Below, in pieces: positions 10,537-22,380 of a stretch of DNA of 50,779 nt. Source of the stretch: an uncultured Candidatus Rokubacteria bacterium (GTDB lineage: Bacteria; Methylomirabilota; Methylomirabilia; Rokubacteriales; CSP1-6); NCBI GenBank assembly GCA_963848005.1, contig CAWKCA010000011.1:1-50779 (forward strand), in the 5' to 3' direction. Made by a program: the position numbers and the translations under genes. Within the stretch, counting starts at the first letter, position 1. Every line of letters starts with the position of its first letter. The notes under the pieces are model-generated. The model was not told the origin of the DNA, did no database searches, and saw only the letters and a program-made list of their open reading frames with translations.

Positions 10537-12935
10537 CTACGAGGCTTTGCTCACTCGGCAGAGCGTCGAGCGGTGGGGGGTGCCGCCGCTGACGGGGTCG
10601 TGCTGGTCGTTGTGGACGAGGAGGTTTTGGTTGGCGCCGGCTTCGGTGAAGGGGTCGAAGCCGGGGAGGCCGAGCTCGGGGCAGGCTTCCCACCAGCCAT
10701 GGGAGCAGCAGACGACGCCGGGGAGGATGGTGTCGGTGACGTGCGCTTGAGCGCGGACCCGGCCGCTCGGCGTTTCGACCACGATCCATTCGCCTGACGT
10801 GATGTCGAACTCTCGCGCGGTGTCCGGATGGATCTCGGCGGTGGGATTCGGCGCGGTCTTTCTCAGGCTCGGGAGCCCGCGGAGCTGGCTGTGCATGTAC
10901 TGCGGGCGCTTGGCGTTCGTCAGCACCAGCGGGAAGCGCGCGGCCAGATCCGGACGGCTCCGCGGGCTCAGCGCGGGCTCGACGTAGACGGGCAGGGCCG
11001 GCAGCCCGTGGTCGGCGAATCGGGTCGCGAAGATCTCCACCTTCTTCGTCGGCGTGGCGAAACCCCGCGGCGCTCCCCGACTCTCGTCAAGGTCGGCGAA
11101 CTTCCGGTAGCGCACTGGCGTGCCCCTGACCGATGTCCCGTAGGGGAGCGCCCGGAGTTCCTCGAGGCTCAGGCCGCTCGGCTTGAGCAACTGGCGATAG
11201 CCCGCCTCGACGTCGCCCTCCCAGAACACGTCGCCGAGGCCGAGCCGCGTGGCCAGGGCGAAGATGATGTCGACGTCCGAGCGCCGTTCGTACCGCGGCG
11301 GCACGACGGCCTCGCGGAACTGGACGTGGGCCATCGCATCCAGCGGGTAGCGGTGACCGACCTTGAGGGCCGGCGATTCCATCCAGCTCGCGGCGGGGAG
11401 CAGGACGTCGGCGAATCGGCTCGTGGGCGTGTGCACGAGCTCGATCTGGGCGAAGAACTCGAGCGCCTCGAGCGCGCGGGCGCCGCGCCGCGAGTCGCCG
11501 TTGGCCAGCAGCATGTTGGCGCCGAACGAGATGATGGCGCGGACGGGATAGGGCTCGCCGTCGAGGATCGCGCGGTAGAGGTCGTACGCGGTGACGGTGC
11601 CCGGCGTCACGGGCGGACCGATCGGCCGCTCGGCGCGCCCGAGCCGGAGCGCGGCCATCGCGCTCGGCAGCGCCGCGCGTCCGCTCACGTCGTCGACGCG
11701 CGGCGAAGGGCCCGGGCACGTTGCCGCCGGGCTGGTCGAAATCGCCGAGCAGCGCGTAGAGGATCTCGATCGCCCGCGAGGCCTGGGTGGCGTTGGTGTG
11801 TTGCACCAGGCCGTTGTGGAAGTAGTGCGACACGGGCCGGTGCGCGGCGAGCAGCCGCGCCGCCGCCACGACCCGGTCGGCCGGCGCGCCCGTGATGCGC
11901 TCGACGACCGCGGGCTCGAACTCGGCGGCGATCGAGGCCAAGCGCTCGAAGACCGGGCGACACGTCACCGTGGTGCCGTCGGCGAGCCGGACCTCGCGGC
12001 GGCCGGTGAGCCTCAGGGGCACGTCGGTCGCGTACGCGCCGCGCCTCGTGTCGTAGCGCACGAGATCGCCATCCACGTCGCTGACGGCGACGTAGGAGCC
12101 GCGACGCGTCACCGTCGAGATCGCTGCCGGCCAGGAGCGCGCCCGTGTCGTCGCGCACCAGGAACGGCGCATTCGTCCACTCGCTCACGAACGCGGCGTC
12201 GTACCCTCCGTCGCGAATCAACAGATGGATCAGGCCCAGGGCCAGCGCGCCGTCAGTGCCCGGCCGGACCTGCAGCCACACGTCCGCCTTGTTGGCCAGC
12301 CCCACGCGGCGCGGATCGACCACCAGCAGCTTGGCCCCGCGCGACTTGGCCGCTGCGATGTCGGTGGCCATGCTCAGGAAGTTGCCGTTCGGGTTCGAGC
12401 CCCACAGGACGATGCAGGCGCTGCGGGCGACGTCGGGCATGGGCAGCGCAGGCGTGCCGAACGTGTACTGCGCCCCGCCGGTGTCGCGCGGCCACTGGCA
12501 GAGGTGCGTGGTGCCGCCGATGTTCGGCGTGCCGAAGTGATTGATGAGCCGCTGGAGCCAGCGCTCGGAGTCGGTGAGCGCGGTGCCGCCCACCGTCCCC
12601 TTGTTGAACGCCACCGCCTGGGCCCCGGAGGAGGCGCGGATCTCCAGCATCTTGCGCGCGATTAGATCGAGCGCCTCGTCCCAGCCACACGGCTCCCAGC
12701 CCGGGTCCGGATCGCTCTTGGGTCGCGTGCGACGCAGCGGCACGTTCACGCGCTCGCGATGATCGTGGAACTCCGGCGCCGCCCGCCCCTTCGAGCAGAT
12801 CGCGCCTCCGTACGGATGCTCCCGGTCGGGCTCGACCGAGAGCACGCGCGCGCCGTCCGCCGTGGTGACGACCGGACAGTGCACGGCGCAAAATCCACAG
12901 TACCCCTTGACCTTCCGCAACGTGTCCACGCGCAT
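10537..12935 (-). CDS. Molybdopterin (bis-MGD) oxidoreductase, DMSO-reductase/formate-dehydrogenase superfamily; at least 2 frameshifts
   Basis: N-terminal 4Fe-4S cysteine motif GYCGFCAVHC. The molybdopterin and MGD-binding domains are spread over three minus-strand frames (11685..13088, 11087..12172, 10537..11688). ATG at 12935 with a GGAGAGG RBS. Confidence 0.75.
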
Positions 12936-13086
12936 CGCTCGCCTCTCCCCGACGGGAGTATACCGGCGCCCGCCCCGCGGCCGTAACGCAGGTAGGCAGG
13001 AGAGCGGGCGGACGAAGGGCTTCGCGCGGTGCGCAGTATAATCGGGCGACCGCCGGGACACTCCAAACGGTGGAGAGGAGACGCCC

Positions 13087-14169
13087 ATGCATGTCGGCCT
13101 GGTGATGGAATGCGACTATCGCGAGGGGAGAACGCAGGAAGAGGCGTTTGCCGAAGCGATGTCCATCGCCGAGATCGCGGAGACCCAGGGGCTCGATGGC
13201 GTCTGGCTGGCCGAGCGGCACTTCGCCATGCACAGGAGGCCGACTGATCCCATGGGCGCGGGCATCCCGTCGATCGCCTCCGTGCCGCTCGTGCTGGCCG
13301 CGGCCATCGCCGCCCGCACGACACGCCTGCGGATCGGCACCGGCGTCAGCGTCCTCCCGCTCTGTCATCCCATCCGCACCGCCGAGGAGGCGGCCACCGT
13401 CGACCAGATCAGCCAGGGCCGTCTCGACTTCGGCGTCGGGCGCAGCGGCTTTCCTCGCGCCTACTCGGGGTACGGCGTTCGGTACGACGAGAGCCGCGAG
13501 CGCTTCCAGGAATCGCTCGACGTCATTCTCAAGGCCTGGACGCAGGAGGGGTTCTCGCACGCGGGCAAATATTTCACGTTCGACAATCTGACCGTGGTGC
13601 CGCGGCCCTATCAGAAGCCGCACCCACCGATCTGGGTGGCGGCCACGACCCACGACACGTTTCCGATGGTCGGCCGCATGGGCTTCTCGCTCGTGACCGG
13701 ACTGCGCGGCTTCGACATCCCCGAGGCCGCCCGGCACCTCACCGCGTACCGCGCGGCTTTGCGGGAGGCCGGACATGCGGGCGACGGCAACGTCTACCTC
13801 CGCATCCCCGTCTACGTCGCGGCCACCGCGGCCCAGGCCCACGCGGAGCCGGAAGAGAGCACCATGCGGTCCTATCGCCGGCTGGCCGAGAACCTCGCCT
13901 CGTCGGCCGGGGCGGCGGGGACGACCGGCTCGGAAGAGCGGGCGGAGCGGGCGGAGCGCCTTTCCCAAGTGACCTACGACGACGTGCTGCGCGATCGGGT
14001 CGCCTACGGCACCCCGGACATGGTCGTCGACCGACTGCGCCACCTGCGCGACGAGCTTGGCGTGTCGGGGGTCATCACCGAGTCGAATGTCGGCGGGCGA
14101 ATCCCGCTCGAACGCGTGCTCCACTCGATTCGCCTCTACGCGCAAGAGGTCGCTCCGCGTCTGCGTTAA
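13087..14169 (+). CDS. LLM-class (luciferase-like) flavin/F420-dependent oxidoreductase
   Basis: Intact 360-aa ORF with typical LLM TIM-barrel motifs (GLDGVWLAERHF, RLRIGTGVSVLP). Confidence 0.8.
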   Translation: MHVGLVMECDYREGRTQEEAFAEAMSIAEIAETQGLDGVWLAERHFAMHRRPTDPMGAGIPSIASVPLVLAAAIAARTTRLRIGTGVSVLPLCHPIRTAEEAATVDQISQGRLDFGVGRSGFPRAYSGYGVRYDESRERFQESLDVILKAWTQEGFSHAGKYFTFDNLTVVPRPYQKPHPPIWVAATTHDTFPMVGRMGFSLVTGLRGFDIPEAARHLTAYRAALREAGHAGDGNVYLRIPVYVAATAAQAHAEPEESTMRSYRRLAENLASSAGAAGTTGSEERAERAERLSQVTYDDVLRDRVAYGTPDMVVDRLRHLRDELGVSGVITESNVGGRIPLERVLHSIRLYAQEVAPRLR

Positions 14170-14298
14170 CGGTTTCGCCGGTCATGACTGAGGGGAGTGA
14201 CGGGCTGAGAGCGTAGGATCTTCAAGGCCGGAGCGTGCGTCGGCGCGCCGGGCCGTGGCCGGCAGACCCACGCGTTCGGGCGAAATCGAGGTGAGCTG

Positions 14299-14820
14299 AT
14301 GACCGACGAGCAGGCGAGAATCCGGGGCTACCTCACGGCGCAGGGCGCGAAGCTCTCGCCCGCCGAGATCGTCGACAAGGTCCGCGCGGGGATGGACCAG
14401 CTCCGCGCGGCGGCGGGCGAGGTGCCCGACGCCCGCTTCGGCGAGCGGCCGGCGGCCGAGGAGTGGAGCGCCAACGAGGTGATGGCCCACGTGGTGACGG
14501 CGGGGCGCCACTTCGGCGGCGCCATCGGCCGGCTCCTCGACGGGCGGCCAGGGGGTGGAGTGCGCGATCAGCTCGAGCGCGACGTTGCACGGCGGAGCGC
14601 GTCGGAGTGGTGGGCCATGCTCGAGCAAGACCGCGCCGCGCTCTTCGAGCGGGTGCGGGGAGCCGACCCCCAGAGCGCGCTCGAGGGCACAGTGGAGCAT
14701 CCCTTCTTCGGCCCGCTGAACTGGCGCGAGACCTTGCTGTTCATGCGGCTGCACGACCTCGACCACGCCGGGCAGATGCAAAAGATCGCCGCCGCGCTGG
14801 GCGCGGCGCGTCCGGCCTGA
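14299..14820 (+). CDS. DinB/YfiT-like metal-dependent hydrolase superfamily protein
   Basis: 173-aa ORF with His-rich motifs spaced as in the DinB_2 fold (MAHVVTAGRHF ... LHDLDHAGQ). Confidence 0.55.
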   Translation: MTDEQARIRGYLTAQGAKLSPAEIVDKVRAGMDQLRAAAGEVPDARFGERPAAEEWSANEVMAHVVTAGRHFGGAIGRLLDGRPGGGVRDQLERDVARRSASEWWAMLEQDRAALFERVRGADPQSALEGTVEHPFFGPLNWRETLLFMRLHDLDHAGQMQKIAAALGAARPA

Positions 14821-15855
14821 TGCGCGTCGCCATCGGCCTCCGGCTGGAAGCGAACGAGGACTGGGCCAAGGCGTCTGACTACGTCACCGAAGCGGAGCGG
14901 CTGGGCGTCGACTTCGTCTGGTCGCATGAGTCGTGGGGGCTCGACGCCGCCACGCCCCTGGCCTTCATGGCCGCCCGCACCTCGCGCATCCGCCTCGGGT
15001 CGGGGATCATGCAGGCGGGAACTCGCACGCCGGCGCTGATCGCCATGACCGCGATGAGCCTCGCCTCGATGTCGAACGGCCGCTTCGCGCTGGGGCTCGG
15101 CGTGAGCGGCCCCCAGGTGATCGAGGGCTGGCACGGCATCCGGTTCGATCGGCCGGTGACGCGCATGCGCGAGACGGTCGAGATCGTGCGGCGCGCCGTT
15201 GCGGGGCGAGCGCGTGGCCTACCAGGGCCACGTCTACGAGCTGCCCCTGCCCGGCGGCGAGGGCAAGGCGCTGAGATCGTCGGCCAGCCCGCGGCCCGAC
15301 GTCCCGATCTACCTGGCCACGCTCTCCCCGCGCAGTCTCGAGATGACCGGCGAGATCGCCGACGGGTGGCTCGGCACGTCGTTCATGCCGGACCACGCGC
15401 GCGTCTTCTTCGACCACCTCGAGGTCGGCGCGAAGCGGGCCGGCCGCTCGCTCGCGGACCTAGATTTACAGTGTGGCGGCGCCGTGGCCTTCGGCGACGA
15501 CGTCGAGCGGCTGGTCGCCGCGCGCAAGCCGGGGCTGGCGTTCACCCTGGGCGCCATGGGCTCGCGCCAGCACAACTTCTACAACGACGCCTTCCGGCGC
15601 GCGGGCTACGAGGACGCGGCGCGCGAGGTCCAGCGACTGTGGCTGGAGGGGAAGCGCGACGAGGCGGCGGCGCGCGTCCCCGACGAGCTGGCGCTGAAGG
15701 CCAACCTGCTCGGCACCGAGCCGATGGTGCGCGAGCGCCTCGCGGCCTATCGCCGCGCGGGAGTCACCACGGTGCGCGTCGATCCCGCGGGCGCCACGCT
15801 GGACGCGCGCGTGGCCACGCTCGCCCATCTCATGGACCTGGTCAAGCAGGCGTAG
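14820..15855 (+). CDS. LLM-class F420/flavin-dependent oxidoreductase, one frameshift near 15205
   Basis: N-terminal half (MRVAIGL..GWHGIRFDRPVTRMRETVEIVRRA) is in the frame of ORF 14463..15884. The C-terminal half (GERVAYQGHVYELP...MDLVKQA) is in 15199..15855. The start overlaps the DinB stop. Confidence 0.75.
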
Positions 15856-16025
15856 TCGCTCGCCTTCCCCTCAGAGCCCGTTAACGAATCGCATTGTCGA
15901 GGGACGCCACGGCTGCGCCGGGGCGCCCCGAGCGCCGGGGGTTGGGGGGCGCCCGGAGCCCCCCATGTACTCAGACGAGAGGGCACGCCAGTCCGCCCGG
16001 CGGCGAAGAGCGGGAAGGGGCTCCG

Positions 16026-17566
16026 TCAGCGAGGCTTCTTGAGGAAGAGATTGACGTCGTCCGGGGTGATCAGGTCGGGCGCGGTCCAGCCGTCGAGGTC
16101 GTACTCGGCCATGCACTGCTCGGCGAAGCCCCGGAACTGCTGCGGCCTGGCCGCTCGCCTGGGCCATCTGCAGGTGATGATGCGGATGGTCTCGGCGGCG
16201 CCGGCGTAGTTGCGCTCGTACAGCTCGTGGCGGCCGCCGAACTCGGTGCCCACGGCATCCCACAGAAGCTTCATCAGCTTGATGCGCTCGACGGCGTTGG
16301 TGCCATCCGAGCCGCGCAGATACTTGTCCAGATACGGGCGGAGCGCGGGCGACTGGAAGTCCGCCGCGTGCGAGTTCATGTAGATCAGGCCGCTGGCCAG
16401 GATGCTCTCGGTCAGCTCCTTGATGCGCGGATAGGCGACGGTGGAGAAGACGCGGTAGGCCTGGGCATACTCCGGGTTCGGCAGCACGCGTGCCTCCGGC
16501 CCACGGCCACGGGCGCGCGGGCCATGGCGTCGCTCAGGCCCCAGAACAGGTTGCGCCAGGCGATGGCCTCGCCGACCGACGCCTGCACGTTGCGACTCTC
16601 GCTCGAGCCGACGGCGTCGACGGCCTTGAGGAGCAGGCCGGCGATGAAGTCCAGCTTGACGGCCAGACGGGTGCAGCCGTGGAACATCGCGCGCGGGAAG
16701 AAGCCGGAGTGCGAGAAGAAGGTGTTCGACTTCTCGACGTCCTCGTAGACGAAGACGTTCTCCCAGGGCACCAGCGCGTGATCGAGGACGAGGATGGCGT
16801 CGTTCTCGTCCATCCGGCTGGAGAGGGGGTAGTCGAACGGGCTGCCCATCACCTCGGCGGTCATGGCGTAGGACGGGCGGCAGATCAGCTTGACGCCCGG
16901 CGTGTCCATGGCGGCGATGAAGGTCAGCGCGAATTCCTTCTTCTTGATCGGCACGGTGCTCGGATGGGCGATGAAGTTGTAGTGGGTGAGCGCCGAGCCG
17001 GTGGCGACGACCTTGGCCCCGCTGACGATCAGGCCCGCGTCGGATTCCTTCTCCACGTGCACGTAGACGTCGGTCGACCTCGTCCGGCGGGCGGTGGCGA
17101 TCCACCGGGGGCTGCACGAGGGCGTGATTCATGAACAGCACGCGCTCCTGGGCGGCGCGGTACCAGCGCCGGGCGTTGTCCTGGTACGGGGCGTAGAACT
17201 CGGCGTTGGCGCCGAGCGTGGCCAGGAAGGCCGCCTTGTAGTCCGGGCGAGCGGCCCATCCACCCGTAGGTCAGGCGCGCCCAGGCCGCGATGGCGTCGC
17301 GCGCTTCCACCAGCTCGGTCGCGCTGGTCGGAGCGCGGAAGAACTTGTGCGTGTAGCCGTCCGAGCCGGTGTCGGTGGCGCACGTCAGCACGCTCGCGGG
17401 TGGCCGGCGCGTGCAGCGCCTCGTAGAGCCGCGCCAGCATGCGCGCGGGGTTGCGAAAGGCCGGGTGCGCCGTCACGTCCTCGACCCGCTCGCCGTAGAT
17501 CCAGATCTCGCGCCCCTCGCGCAGGGATTCCAGAAATTCGTTCCCGGTGAAAGGTCGAGTGGACAT
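16026..17566 (-). pseudogene. HpaB-family two-component flavin monooxygenase oxygenase subunit (4-hydroxyphenylacetate 3-hydroxylase-like), at least 4 frameshifts
   Basis: N-terminus MSTRPFTGNEFLESLREGREIWIYGERVEDVTAHPAFRN and a C-terminal region conserved across the family. Gene pieces lie in frames 17129..17584, 17029..17391, 16412..17062 and 16026..17141. Probably sequencing indels rather than decay. Confidence 0.65.
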
Positions 17567-17647
17567 GTGGCCCTCCCTCCGCACGCCCTCAGGCCGCTCG
17601 GAGCGCCCCGGCGTGGCCGGGGCGCTCCTCGATTCTCCGAGACCCGG

Positions 17648-18266
17648 CTACTGGAGCGGCGAGAAGGCGGCGGGCAGGAGGATCTTGTTGTCCTGCGAGA
17701 GCAGCCGATCGCGTCCGCCGGGCGGCGGCCACACACCGGCGGCGACCGCGTCGGCCCGGACCTTGGCGCGCTGATCGAGGCCCGAGTACGCCCAGATGTG
17801 CACGAAGCCGTTGGCCTTGCCGAACTCGACGCCGCCGGCCAGCACGATGGGCGAGAGCTTGGTGCGCTCGGGCAGCTTCGCCTCCCAGCCCTTGGCCGTG
17901 TCGGGCAGCGTGCCGGGCTTCAGGGTGTAGTAGCGCAGCTCGAAGATGGGGCCGACCTTGCCAGGACGGACATCCGGGAGTGAACGAGAAGGGAACCACG
18001 ATCTCGGAGCGCATCTCGCGGATGAACTCGCTGATCTTGGGTGGCCAGTTCGCATCCTTGGCCGCGTCGCCCCGCACGCGCGCCCGGTCAGCGAGGTCGC
18101 GGTACCCCCAGATGTGCACGATCTCGTTCAGGGGGCCGATTTCCGTGTGCAGAAAGGCCGTCAGCTCCGAGTACTTCTTGCGGTACTCGTAGGCTTCGCC
18201 GAAGCGCTTCTCCACCTCGGCCACGCTGCCCGGCGCCAGACGGTAGGTGCGAATCTCGTAGATCAT
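17648..18266 (-). CDS. NIPSNAP-family protein (two tandem NIPSNAP domains), one frameshift near 17950
   Basis: MIYEIRTYRL and FELRYYTLKPG motifs mark the two domains. Confidence 0.65.
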
Positions 18267-18412
18267 GCTCGACTCCCTTCCGATGGTGAGGATTGCGGGG
18301 TCTGCGTCTCAGGGGCCCCGACGGCAGAGTTAGCACGATCGGCCGACTCCGTCTACCCTGGCAATTTGACGCCTCGAACTGCTCGCCCACGCGCCGGTAT
18401 ACTCCTCGCCAG

Positions 18413-19450
18413 ATGGCGGCGAGGACACGGACTGAGCCCTTCGGTGATGCCGGTGCGCCGGCGCCGCGCGGCGCGCTGCACACTCCCCTCTGCGATCTCC
18501 TGGGCATCCGCTACCCGATCTGCCAGGCGGGCATGGCCTTCGTGGCACGGGCGGAGCTGGCCGCGGCCGTCTCCGCGGCCGGCGGGCTCGGGGTCATCGC
18601 GGCCGCGCACGGCACCCCGGCTCAGCTCCGCGGGGAGATCCGCCGCGTCCGCGAGCTGACCGACCGGTCATTCGGCGTGGATGTCCTCTTCGCCACGATC
18701 CGCACGGCCGGCGAGGACAGCGAGCGGTTCACCGATGGCGTCAGGGGCTGGATCGACGTCGTGCTCGAGGAGCGCGTGCCCGTGCTGATCGCCGGCCTCG
18801 GCAACCCGGGCCCCGTCACCGCGGAGGCGCACCGTCTGGGCATGACGGTCATGGCCCTGTGCGGCAACGTCAAGCAAGCGCGCGATCACGCGGCCAACGG
18901 CGTGGACGTCATCATCGCCCAGGGACACGAGGCGGGCGGCCACACCGGCCGCGTGGCGGGCCTGGTGCTGGTCCCCGCCGTCGTCGACGCCGTGGCCCCA
19001 CGGCTCGTCGTCGCCGCGGGCGGGATCGCCGACGGCCGCGGGCTGGTGGCCGCGCTGGCCCTCGGCGCGGCTGGGGTGTGGATGGGCACGCGCTTCATCG
19101 CCACCCACGAGGCGTACGGCCACGACAACTACAAGGGCAAGATCGTGGCCATCGACGAAGAGGGAACGGTAGTCACGCGCGCGGCATCCGGCAAACCCAA
19201 CCGGCAGATCCGCAACAACTTCACCCGCGAATGGGAGAGCCGGCAGGCGGAGATCCAGCCCTTTCCCATTCAGTACGAACGCGTGGGCAAGGCCGCGGCG
19301 ATCCGCGCTCGGGAGCAGGGCGACGTCGAGAACGGCAGCGCCGCGGCGGGCCAGTCAGCCGCGCTCGTCAGCGATATCCGTCCCGCCGGCGACGTCGTCG
19401 CCGGGCTGGTCGAGGACGCCCACGCGATCCTCGCCCGCCTCGGGCGCTGA
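18413..19450 (+). CDS. Nitronate monooxygenase / FMN-dependent enoyl reductase (NMO/FabK-like)
   Basis: Intact ORF with FMN TIM-barrel motifs (QAGMAFVA, IAQGHEAGGH, GGIADGRG). Confidence 0.8.
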   Translation: MAARTRTEPFGDAGAPAPRGALHTPLCDLLGIRYPICQAGMAFVARAELAAAVSAAGGLGVIAAAHGTPAQLRGEIRRVRELTDRSFGVDVLFATIRTAGEDSERFTDGVRGWIDVVLEERVPVLIAGLGNPGPVTAEAHRLGMTVMALCGNVKQARDHAANGVDVIIAQGHEAGGHTGRVAGLVLVPAVVDAVAPRLVVAAGGIADGRGLVAALALGAAGVWMGTRFIATHEAYGHDNYKGKIVAIDEEGTVVTRAASGKPNRQIRNNFTREWESRQAEIQPFPIQYERVGKAAAIRAREQGDVENGSAAAGQSAALVSDIRPAGDVVAGLVEDAHAILARLGR

Positions 19451-19526
19451 CGATCGCGGGGACTTCGCCGGAGCAGATCTCTCCCGGGGAGCTGCACCGG
19501 CGGCGGCGCTCCTCCCCGCGTCGACC

Positions 19527-21169
19527 TCAGGCCTTGTCGAGCCAGACCGCGTGCATGTTGATCAGGCCGGCCGGGATCATCTGGAAGCCCTTCACGTACT
19601 TCTGGAAGACCTTCTGCTCGTTGACGTGGAGCAGGATCGTGACCGGCGCGTCGTCCAGGATCGCCTTCACGGAGTCCTCGTAGTACTTCTTGCGCTTCTT
19701 GAAGTCGTTCTCGGAGCGCGCCAGTTCCACCGCGCGATCGAAGTCCTTGTTCACCCACTTGCCGGCGTTCCACGTCTCCGTGGAGTGCAGCTCCGGGTAG
19801 AGCGTCTCGTCGGGATCGAGGTCGGCATCCCACTGGACCTGCACGAGGTCCCACTGCCGCTCCTGCAGCCAGCGCCGGCGGAAGGTCGGGAAGTCGGCCG
19901 TCTCGATGCGCACCTTGATCCCGATCTTGGCGAGGTGGGCCTGGATCACCTCCGCCTGGCGCGGCGCCGTCCCCGCGTTGCCGCTGAGGAAGAGCACCTC
20001 GCGGCCATCGTACTTGGCCTGCTTCATCCAGGTCTTGGCCTGCTCCAGGTCGTAATACTGGCCGTTCTTGCCGGTCTCGAAGGCCGGGTCGTAGAAGCCG
20101 CCCATCGGCGGCGAGATCGGCCCGTGGGCCACGATCCCCTCGCCGAATTCGACCTTCTCGAGAATTTCCTTGCGGTCGATGGCGAAGGTGACCGCCTTGC
20201 GGAGCGCCTTGTCGTTGAACGGCTCCCTGGCGATGTTGAAGTGCAGGCAGCGCCAGTTGCCGCCGACCGCGGACAGGGCGGTGAGCTTCGGGTCCTTCTT
20301 GAGATCGCCCACGAACTGGGGTGCCACGTTGTTGATGAGGTCGACCTCGCCGGTCTTGAGCGCGGCCACGAGGGTCGAGGGCTCGATGATGATCTTGATC
20401 ATCACCTTGTCGAGGTAGGGCAGCTTCCCGCCGCTGGCGTCCGTCTCCCAGTAATTGGGGTTCTTCTCGAGCAGGATGTAGTCGGATTCCTTCCACTCCG
20501 CGAACTTGAAGGGTCCGGTGCCGACCGGATTGCGCCCGTAAGTCTTGCCTTTCTCTTTGACCGCGCGCGGGCTGAGGATCGTGGCCGCCCGGCCGGTGGA
20601 GCCGGTGAACGCCACGCGCAGGAACGGGTACGGCTTGCTGAAGTGGAGCTTCACGGTGTACGGATCGGGCGTCTCGATCGCCTCCAGCAACTCCAGCTTC
20701 CAGGCGTGGATCGGGGCCTGGTTCTTGTCCTTCACCCGCTCGAGGTTCCACTTGACGTCCTCGGCGGTGAACGGATCACCGTTGTGGAAGGTCACTCCCT
20801 TGTGGAGCCGGAAGACGTGCACGCGGTCGCCCTGGATCTCCCACTCACGCGCCAGCTCCGGCTTGAAGTCCACGCTCTTGCCGTCGGCCGACACGATCTT
20901 CAGGAGGCCGTTGTAGATGTTGTTGTGGATCGAGCAGGCCACGATCGACGTCGTGTTGTGCGCGTCCAGCGTGTCGATGTTGCTGAAGGAGCCGATCTTG
21001 ATGGTGCCCCCGACTTCGGCTTCTGGGCGTGCGCCAGCGATGGAAGGGACAGCGACCCGGCGCCCGCGAGCCCGGCTGCTGACCAGCCAAGCGCCTTGAG
21101 CACGGCGCGGCGATTGACGTCATCTCGCATCAGCTCGTTGACGACCTCGAACCCGTCTCGGCTCTTCAT
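19527..21169 (-). CDS. ABC transporter substrate-binding protein, family 5 (peptide/opine/nickel type), one frameshift near 20950
   Basis: Tat-like signal (RRAVLKALGWSAAGLAGA) in frame 20900..21169. The mature SBP_bac_5 domain is in 19527..20942. Confidence 0.7.
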
Positions 21170-21375
21170 TCTGGCCTCCTCAATGGGGCATGGGCACTCG
21201 GGCTATCGCCACGCCCATGCCCCGCCGGGTGCCGCTCTGCGTTTGTTCTCCCGCGTGATGTGGATCGCGCCGACTGTGCCGATCGCCACGTCCATGCCCC
21301 GCGGATTCCCGCTCTGCGTTTGTCGTCCGGGGCGTGGGAGTCGCGACTCCTGTCGTCTCGCGCCCATGCCGTAGA

Positions 21376-22380
21376 TCATCCGTCTGGGGCGCGCGCCGTC
21401 GTAGAGATAACAGGCCACGACGTGTCCGGGCTCCACCTCCTGGAGGGTGGGCTCGGCTTCATCGCAGCGGGCGAACCGCTGGGGACAGCGGCTGGCGAAG
21501 CGGCAGCCGCGGGGGCGATCGATCGGGCTCGGCAACTCCCCCTGCAGCAGCCGCGCGGGGTCGTCGAAGATCGACGCGCGGCCGTCCCGATCGTGGGAAT
21601 CGCCGCCATCAGGGCCTGCGTGTAGGGATGCAAGGGGCGTTTGAAGAGCTCGGCGGTCGGCGCCACCTCGACCAGGGCGCCCAGGTACATGACGGCCACC
21701 CGATGGCTCACGAACCGGATCACGCCGAGGTCGTGGGACACGAAGAGGTAGGCGAGGCCGAGTCGCTCGCGCAGCTCCACGAGCAGATTGAGAATCTGCG
21801 CGCGGACGGAGACATCGAGGGCCGAGACCGCTTCGTCGGCCACGATCAGGCGCGGGCCGACGGCCAGGGCCCGCGCGATTCCCACCCGCTGGCGCTGCCC
21901 CCCGCTCAGCTCGTGCGGGTACCGCTCTGCATGCTCGGGCCGAAGCCCGACCATCTCGAGCAACGCGCGGACGCGCTCGGGGACCTCCGAGCCGGCGGCC
22001 AGGCCGTGAACGCGAATCGGTTCGGCGACGATGCGCCCCACCGTCATGCGGGGATTCAACGACGTGTAGGGATCCTGGAACACGATCTGCGCCTTCCGCC
22101 GGAAGGGCAGGAGCTGCCCGGGCGTGAGCGCCGCGATGTCCTCGCCGTCGAAGACGATGCGCCCACTCGTGGGCTCGATGGCGCGCAGGACGAGGCGGCC
22201 GGTGGTCGTCTTGCCGCACCCGCTTTCTCCCACCAGCCCGAGCGTCTCTGCCGCCTCGATCGCGAAGCTGACGCCGTCGACGGCGCGGACGACACGCCGC
22301 CGCCACGGAAGGATCTGCCCCAGGACACCGTCGCGGAGGGCGAAATGCTTCACGAGGGCCTCGACGGCCAAGAGCGGCAT
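21376..22380 (-). CDS. ABC transporter ATP-binding protein (DppF/OppF-like), 3' end frameshifted
   Basis: Walker [10 protein letters not shown], signature LSGGQRQRV and Walker B motifs. The C-terminal oligopeptide-ATPase extension lies in frame 21203..22306, so the true stop is uncertain. The start overlaps the upstream stop. Confidence 0.7.
   Translation of the reverse strand: MPLLAVEALVKHFALRDGVLGQILPWRRRVVRAVDGVSFAIEAAETLGLVGESGCGKTTTGRLVLRAIEPTSGRIVFDGEDIAALTPGQLLPFRRKAQIVFQDPYTSLNPRMTVGRIVAEPIRVHGLAAGSEVPERVRALLEMVGLRPEHAERYPHELSGGQRQRVGIARALAVGPRLIVADEAVSALDVSVRAQILNLLVELRERLGLAYLFVSHDLGVIRFVSHRVAVMYLGALVEVAPTAELFKRPLHPYTQALMAAIPTIGTAARRSSTTPRGCCRGSCRARSIAPAAAASPAAVPSGSPAAMKPSPPSRRWSPDTSWPVISTTARAPDG

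Noticed and set aside
14463-15884. 473-aa ORF as one gene.
   Set aside because: The first 119 codons are an Arg-rich antisense-like extension over the DinB gene. The LLM gene starts at 14820 and shifts frame near 15205.
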